Shown here: one piece after another, positions 56,317-64,000 of the stretch | Position numbering within the stretch: the first letter of the stretch is position 1 | Layout: the number at the start of each line of letters is the position of its first letter | Assembly: GCA_964016885.1 (NCBI GenBank) | Contig: OZ024741.1 | Location: forward strand, 356,128,001-356,192,000 | Source: Eledone cirrhosa | Taxonomy: Eukaryota | Length of the DNA: 64,000 nucleotides | Direction: 5' to 3' | Program-made: the position numbers and the translations under genes | Notes under the pieces: generated by a model | Seen by the model: the letters and a program-made list of their open reading frames with translations, nothing else | Told to the model about the DNA's origin: nothing | Database searches by the model: none

Positions 56317-59300
56317 CACACACACACTCACATATATATATATATATATACACAAACATACACACACACACACACAATACACACACACTGTAAACAAGAC
56401 AATGCATTCAATACAGACGTTTTCTCTTCTGCCGGTCTTCTCTTATCATTTGTTACCTTGGCGAAGCTGGGTACCTCAGCTAGTATTATATAATTTCCTT
56501 GTGTTTTCTTAATTAGCAAATGTATTATATGTATTAGCAAAATAAATTAAGAAGTCACAGGTCTGGAATAATTTATTCCAGCAAGCATATGCAATAGAAT
56601 ATCACTTATAAATTAACCTAAAACCCATATTATCTAAATGTATTTTATTTTCAGATGTGTATGAAGGTTGACATTGCGGCATAAACGCTGAAGGTCAAAG
56701 GATAAACATTGTTTTCTTTCAAACCAAACCCCAAGCTGGACACAACACCGTACTTCACAACGATATTAACTACAAGGATTTTTTTCAACATGCTGACGCG
56801 TATATGTGTGTGTGTGCATGTGTATATGTGTATATGCATAGATTTATACGTACATAAATATAAATGTGCAAGCACTGACACACTTACAAAAATACACACT
56901 CACAGACATACATTCACACAAACACACACATACATACACAGTATAACAAATGGAACGTCACCCGCTATTTTGCTATAGTTTTTTCACCATCCCCTGCCTT
57001 CCTTTTACACACATATGCATTCCCGCAGGCAGCAGACGTAAAGAGAGAGGAGTAGTATGAGGTAGGCAAACTACTCCTCTCTCTTTACGTGTTGTGACAG
57101 AATCACAGAAATGTATACAAAGATAAACTTCTTTTCAAGTTTGCTAATACAACAATAAATAGCAGTGTGCAATGTAAGTAGTTTACTTTTAACTAGAATG
57201 GTAGAAAGGAATGCCAATTTTCAACACATTTTCAATCGTTTTGTTTCGTTTGCTTTTTTAATTGTTATTGGGGGGAAATATAAATACAAAAGTATTTTTT
57301 TCAACATGCTGACGCGTATATGTGTGTGCATGTGTATATGTGTATATGCATAGATTTATACGTACATAAATATAAAAGGGTTTTTCTGTAAAAATCAATG
57401 TTTTTAGCCTAATTTTCCAAGCATAAAATAAAATCTAATGAAAAAATATAATTATCTGTACGACAAAAATCATGTTTTGTTTCAGTATTTTCTATTATAC
57501 GAGCTTTGAAAATGCTTGCATTTCCTAATATTTTCATGCGTTCCTTCCCGGCTATGTGATCTGTTATATATAGCTGGCCCCATGCCGTTAAAAATGACGG
57601 TTAATTGTAGTATTTTATATATAAATAGGGTACAAAATGTTTTCAGTTTCATAATTATTTTATTACAAATTGTTTTATGAAAAAACTATCCGCAACTAAC
57701 TTGGATAACCAAGATAATATCTTGGTGTGCTTATGTATACGTTTATATGCATGAGTATATAAAATTTAAACATACATACACTCACACAGGTATAAATATA
57801 TTTACACACATACTTATACTCAAACACATGCACTCACACAATAATTGTTTCTACTTTTGGCTCAAGGTCAGCAATTATCCAGTGCATTACTGGTACTTTA
57901 TTTTATCGACCCCGTAAGAATGAAAGGCAAAGTTAACCTCGGCGGGATTTAAATTCAGACTGTAAAAGGCCGTAACTCTATGTTGCAAAGCATAACATCC
58001 GACCCTCTACCGATACTGCCAATCCACCGCCCTTTCTTACACAATAATTGTTTCTACTTTTTGGCACAAGGCCAACAATTAACCAGTGCATTACTGGTAC
58101 TTTATTTTATCGACCCCGTAAGGATGAAAGGCAAAGTTAACCTCGGCGGGATTCGATAAGACCCAATTCGCTACACATATACTTACACAAGGGTAGCGCG
58201 TCTTAGAACACTGGTCGCTGTTTTCTATAGTTTGTCACCACCCGCTTCCTTCCTTCCTTCCTCAGTCATCTCCCTTTCAGTGAGTGGCGGACAAATATAT
58301 AAATAAATAAATATACACACATTTGCTATTATTATAGTTGATTTCTTTTCTTTTTCTGTCTGATCTTTTGTGATTTTATATTTAGTTAGATATGTTTCCT
58401 CTATATTCCCTTCTGGGGCTTTGGCGAGTTCTCAAGTGTTATGAGGGAAGAATTTGTTTCAGTTTTTGTTGTTTTCTTTTTTGTTAATCATCCTGTAATT
58501 TTTTTCATAATTAATTCAAGTACCTTCTTCACCTGGAAGAAGTATTCACGTAATTTGCAGCCTCATATCCTGCATGCTTTTGCTGAGAAGATTTCCTTAA
58601 TTTTTTATTTTGCTTCAAAGTTCCATATCCTTCTTTATAAAACTATTTAATAATTATTTAGGTTTATGCTTTTTGTAGGCTTTCCCTCCTTTTCAATTTT
58701 CTTAAATACGTTGAAGTCTTTTGATATTTTAATTTTATATCGTATGTTTTCTTTCAATATTGTTTTTGTTTTCTTTCTTTCTTTTTAGACTTGACTGTGG
58801 AAGGTCTGACATTCTTAGGGTCAAGGTCAGTTTTCCTCAATACTCTCTCGCTCTGATCGATTGACAAGATCCCAGACCTCATTCGCTTGCCGAGTAAGGT
58901 GAACCTCGTCAAATCGGACCAAAGAAACAATGTTTCCATTGGTCTTTCCATTGCTGATACTATCTACCGATCGCAACTCCTGGCAGAAGGAGCAATGGTA
59001 AATAAAGTGCCTTACTCAAGAACACAACGCATCACCCGGTCCGAGAATTGAACTTGCAGCCTCACAATTACGAATCCAACTCTCTAACCACTAAGTCACG
59101 CGCCTAGTACTGCTATTTAATATATCAGATTATTCAATCGATTGATATTCGGATAGTTTGTTTCTATGGATAGAATTTCTTGCATTACCCTGTTACATTT
59201 ATTTGTTCTTTCGTTGAGCTGCTAGCTTTTGCATAGCTTAGACAGGTATTAACGTTGATCAGATTTCATCAACTCTATTATGGTCTTTTCTTGCTTAACT

Positions 59301-59844
59301 TGGGAAGGTTGATCAATTTTCCTCAATTTTGTTGCCGTTTCTTCTTGTATTTTCTGTAGCGTTCTTGTCGAGAGTATTACTTTTAATGTAGCTCTGCATT
59401 TGCTTGAATTTTCTCATGTGGATTTCTGATTTTTATCATCATTTTGGATTACGGTGCAGTTTACCATCAACCTCATCGGTCTTGAACATTAATCTTATAG
59501 ATATTTATTATTATTGCAAATGTTCGGAAGCGGCGATGGGTCGGATCGAGTGATGGATTTCAGTTCCTAGCTCGATGGCTTGCCACAGCTCTCGGCGAGG
59601 GAGGCGGAGTGTTGCAGAAAGCCGATAACAGCCGATGGAATATGGGACGCGATGGCTAACTGCACAAGAGGCAAATCGCCTAGATTGGATGGTCTGCCCT
59701 ACGAGCCCAGGGCTTTTATGCCCAATTTTTTAAAACTATTTTCCACAATCAAAGCTTCTAAATCTAGGTTAATTTTCAATAAATACATATCTGTTCAACG
59801 TTTATAAAAAATAGATCATTATATATATATATATATATAGATAG

Positions 59845-60587
59845 ATAGATTTCTTTATTTGCCACAAAGGCGCACAAGGAAAAGGGGACAATACAAAGAC
59901 ATACCGGGGATTTTACATACAGTCGTGTAAAAAATCTAAAACAAACAATTACAACAATCGAAATCCCCAATAGGGGGGAAGCGCCACAAATGGGTTGTTT
60001 AATACCTCAACTTCAGGAGCGTGTTGTGCAAGTGCTCCTTTCTTCCTTTTGCTCTCTTCTTTAACCTACAGGCTTATAAACAAAGAAGGCCCAATCACTC
60101 GGGCCATTTTTGCCACATTCACCCACCTTTCAGTAAATTTACTGGGGTGCAGTGCCTCTCTCTCCACCCTGATTCTCCTTCTAAAGTGATACTTAAAGAA
60201 GGGAATTAATTGTTGTCCCGAGAGAAAGGTATCTGTCCTCAGTCCTCTCAATCTCGTCCACCATATAACTTCTTTCACCATAGCCACTGTACAGAGGAAA
60301 ACCGCCTCTCTTTCGTTTTTGAAAGAGGCTGGCGGTTTGATCCTTACTATGGACTCGGCAGTCAACTGGATTTGTCCCATACGCGACAGCAGTTGTTCTG
60401 CGTAGCTCCACAGGTCGGTTACGCCCGGGCAGTCTACAATTGCGTGCAGGACGGTTTCAATGTCCTGCTCGCATCTTGGACACGTCCTCTTGGAAGGATC
60501 CCTGCCTGAGCGTCCATACCTGTATCTATTGTCACCAACCGGTAGATCTCCTCGGTAGCCAGGCCAGGGACCTCTGAAAGTTGTCCA
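59845..60587 (-). mobile_element. Related Tx1/L1-like LINE 3' end
   Basis: Homologous to the 48564-49091 ORF (LTAESIV.IKPP..FKNE.EAVFLC...WWTRL); (GATA)n on both sides. A small + strand piece at 59520-59706 encodes KSPRLDGLPYE. Confidence 0.75.
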
Positions 60588-61368
60588 TATATATATCGAT
60601 AGATAGATAGATAGATAGATAGATCATTATATATATATATATCGAATGTAGAAAGGTAACACACGAGTTGATATATATAAAAACAAATAGTAGAAAAGAA
60701 AAAGATTTTTTCTGTAGAAAATGTTGAAGCGATATTTTTAGTGAAATTTGAAAGCATTAATTTATTTACAATCCCGCCGAGGTTGACTTTGCCTTTCATC
60801 CTTACGGGGTCGATAAAATAAAGTACCAGTAATGCACTGGTTAATTGCTGGCCTTGTGCCTAAAGTAGAAACAATTAATTTATTTACAAATAAATCTCTC
60901 AACACGTACGTGTCTGTATGTATGAATGTTTAATATGATTATTTGTACGTACAACCACCACAGCTTCTTTTCTAGATTCAATCGGTAATATAATACTTCC
61001 GCCATGTTGCTTGGCTACAAAATTTGCAGTCGACGACACGGCTAAATTACATACTTTTGAGATAAAGTGATATCTATAAAAAAAAATATCTGAAATTAAA
61101 AAAAAATATTAAATAAGCATTGTTTAACAATTGTGATTTCAAACATAAATATGTCTGCAATGTTTTAGTGCGTTTTTTTTTTTCTTTCATTCATTTTCTT
61201 TTTATTATTTTTATATTTTACTTTCTTAAAGATTTACACATTTCCTAGAGATAACACCAAGCGGGGTGAAATATTGAATCTAAGAAATAAAGAAATGAAG
61301 GGTGGTAGCGAGAAGAGGATACAGACAACATGAGAAGGAGTGTGTGTTTGTGTATATGAAAGGTAGAA

Positions 61369-61403
<35 letters not shown>

Positions 61404-61411
61404 TGTATGTA

Positions 61412-61950
61412 TGTCGTGTCACTCTTGAGTGCTACTGGTAACATGTAACCCAGTACAACCTGTCGCATGGTCGGTTCGTCGGGGATTTAACCGGTTGCCC
61501 CACAAAGTTTACTTGGTGAGGGGGGTGATGTTGGACACCCTGCAGGACAAAAAACAAAACCTGACAAAGGGCGGAAGAACTCATAAGAGTCAACGGCCAT
61601 CCGAAAGTGTGTAAATATGTATATACACATGTACCGTGTGGTTAAACCACTGGGAGTGAAGGACCCCTAGCCTTTGTCGGGGCATTCTTCTAGGAGAAGG
61701 CAACTCAGGAAACTGGGATAACTCCGATATAAAACCTGCGACTCAGTAGTTACCAATGATGTTGATCTTTTCTTCTTTTCAGGTTATAGCTACTGTCGCT
61801 CAGAGAGTGGGGTTGGTTCAGTGCACAGTTTTTCCTCACTTTAAAAAATATCTTCACGCACAGGCATTGCACGATAGAATTAATTAATGATTATTAATAA
61901 TGGTATATCGTGCAATGGCCATACTCGATAACGAGGGGCAACCATCATGT
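61412..61950 (+). mobile_element. RTE-derived element, family B copy
   Basis: Reverse complement of 30868-31500; preceded by (TATG)n and followed by TATG-rich sequence. Confidence 0.7.
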
Positions 61951-62037
61951 ATGCATGTATATGTATATATGTATGTTTATGTGTATGTGCATATATACAT
62001 AAACATGTGCGTGTGTGTGTGTGTTTGTGTGTGTGAA

Positions 62038-62370
62038 GGCGCATGACATGGTGGTTAGAGCGTTGGGCGTGCGATCATGTGGTTGTGAGTTTGATTCTCG
62101 GACAGGTGATGCGTTGTCTTCGAGAAAAATATTTTATTTCACGTTGCTCCAGTTTACTCAGCTGTAGAAATATGTTGCAGCGTCATTGGTGCCGAGTTTT
62201 ATGGGCCTTTGCCTTTCTCTTGGATAGTATTAGTAGCGTGGGGAGGGGAGAGTGCTATGCATGAGTGGCTACCGGTCTTCCATAATCAACCTTGACGGGA
62301 CATGTGCCTCGGAGGGGGAACGTTCTAGGCGCAAATCCCATGGTCATTCGTGACCAAAGGGTATTTTTTA
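62038..62370 (+). repeat. tRNA-headed SINE (second group)
   Basis: Degenerate A/B boxes (TGGTTAGAGC..., GAGTTTGATTC) then TTTATTTCACGTTGCTCCAG; similar tRNA-headed SINEs at 43095-43440(+), 29720-30020(-), 58850-59105(-), 14845-15010(-). Confidence 0.6.
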
Positions 62371-62377
62371 CCCTTTA

Positions 62378-62419
<42 letters not shown>

Positions 62420-62489
62420 ATACATCATCGCCCATTGCCTCAAACTTTATTTATTACTAAATTTCCACATATCTGTTCATACATATATA

Positions 62490-63500
62490 TCATCATCATC
62501 ATCATCGTCGTTTTACGTCCGTTCTTCCACGCTAGCATTGGTTAGACAAGTTGTCCGGTTGTGGGCAGTGTCCAGTTGGCTGACCTTGTCTTGCTCATAT
62601 GTGAACTGATTCTGGCTTGATTTCTACAGCTGGATGCCCTTCCTAACACCAACCTCATTTACAGTGAGGGCTGGTAGCTTTTTTTCCGTGGCGCCTACAC
62701 GTCCACTTTACAGTGTGGGTTGGGTGCTTTTTTGCCGTGGCACGACCACTTTGCAGTGGGAGGGGGGGGGGGGGGTATTGTCTATATGCTTCAGCTTCGG
62801 CTTGTACCCGTGGGAAGTCGGGTATTCTGTATTACTGCGTGACGCTAGAGGTCACGGTCGTGTGTCATCACCTTTGAGAGGTGCAATTGGGTAAGGTCAG
62901 CTTTTATCACCTCATCCCAGGTCTTCTTTTGTCTCCCCACTCCGCGGCTTCCATCGACTTCTAGTGCTCTGCACCTTTTTATGCAGCTGTCATCCTTCAT
63001 ACGCATCACATGTCCATACTAACGCAACCTCCTCTCCTGCACACAGCATCTGATTCCTCTTATGCTTAGTCTCTCTCTCAATTCGTTTACGCATGCAAGC
63101 TTTGTTTCTTTCTAATCTACGCAAGTCTTCTACAGACAGCGCCCAGGTCTCACTACCATGTAACATTGCTGTTCGTATACACGCATCATACAGCCTGTCT
63201 TTCATTTTGAGGGAACAGCCTTTTGCAGCTAGCAGCGGCAATAGCTCCCTGAACTTCTTCCATCCCGTTCTTACCCCAGTTATTGTACTTTCCGAACACC
63301 CATCTCCGCTGCTAATTCGGTCACCTAGGTAGCAGAAGCTGTCTACTGTTTCTACAGAGCCCTCCCAGAGTTTGGTGGTGCTTGTTTCCTGTGGTCGTTT
63401 GCTGCTTGCTGTCTCAGCGCAGCTGCTACATGTGAAGCCTACATTCTTAATTAAGCTTCCTGAGATCCCACTACATCTCTTGTGTACCCATTGTTTGCAT
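62490..63500 (-). mobile_element. RTE-clade LINE 3' relic
   Basis: CKQWVHKRCSG..FTC..C, VDSFCYLGD.IS, GWKKFRELLPLL, LY.ACIR.AMLHGSETW; ends at a (GAT)n tail near 62490. Confidence 0.8.
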
Positions 63501-64000
63501 TTGTGTGTGTGCATATGTGAAAATTTATAGATAATAAATTTACAAACGAGTGTGTACGTTGTGGAATAATATATATTTTATGTATACGAATCTAAGAGAA
63601 ACCAAAACTGTTTGTGGTAGAAGTAAGTTTTTTTCAGTTTTATCCTTGGTGGTGTTTATTTTGGTTTCTCTACTAAGAATTTTTATTTTATCAGTTGATA
63701 TGCCTTCCTTGTGCATTTTTTTAATTTTTTGGAGAAGTCAACCTCAATGTCGTCACATTTCTCTGCTCTTCATCGTTGCTTTGTTTCCTATATTTCATTC
63801 TTAATTTCCTAACTAATGTTCTTAGACTGTGTTCTTCCATTTGTTGTTTCCTTTTCTTTCATCGATTATCAGCACTAAAATTACTTAGTTTATAATTTCT
63901 TAACTTTCGGAGAAAATAAAAGCAGCGTTGAACAGGTGTGAGAATTTAATGTGTATATGGCTGAGTATTCCACAGACACGTGTCCCCTTAACGTAATTTT

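Overview
AT-rich, microsatellite-dense animal genomic DNA. The repeat families ((TA)n/(CA)n/(CATA)n arrays, tRNA-derived SINEs, many Penelope-like relics) suggest an octopus or related coleoid (inference). By hand I could assemble one complete host gene on the minus strand: a 10-exon SLC22 (organic cation/anion transporter-like, MFS) gene, CDS 49336->13150, 1725 nt / 574 aa. All introns are GT-AG and all phases are consistent. The rest is mobile DNA: a Penelope-like element (PLE; RT + GIY-YIG) arranged as a ~2 kb near-perfect inverted repeat, older PLE relics, RTE-, Tx1- and R4-like LINE fragments, hAT and Helitron pieces, MITEs, SINEs and a ~4 kb 50-bp minisatellite. The most notable unannotated signals are four. 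(1) At least ten minimal type-I hammerhead ribozyme motifs from several unrelated short elements. (2) A non-coding 483-nt-period unit with two identical hammerhead-bearing direct repeats (retrozyme-like circular-RNA template) at 41218-41933. (3) A perfect 426-bp palindrome with a hammerhead on each strand at 53312-53737. (4) SLC22 exon 6, in-frame and symmetric, sits in the loop of a perfect 121-bp inverted repeat. No database searches or folding programs were run.
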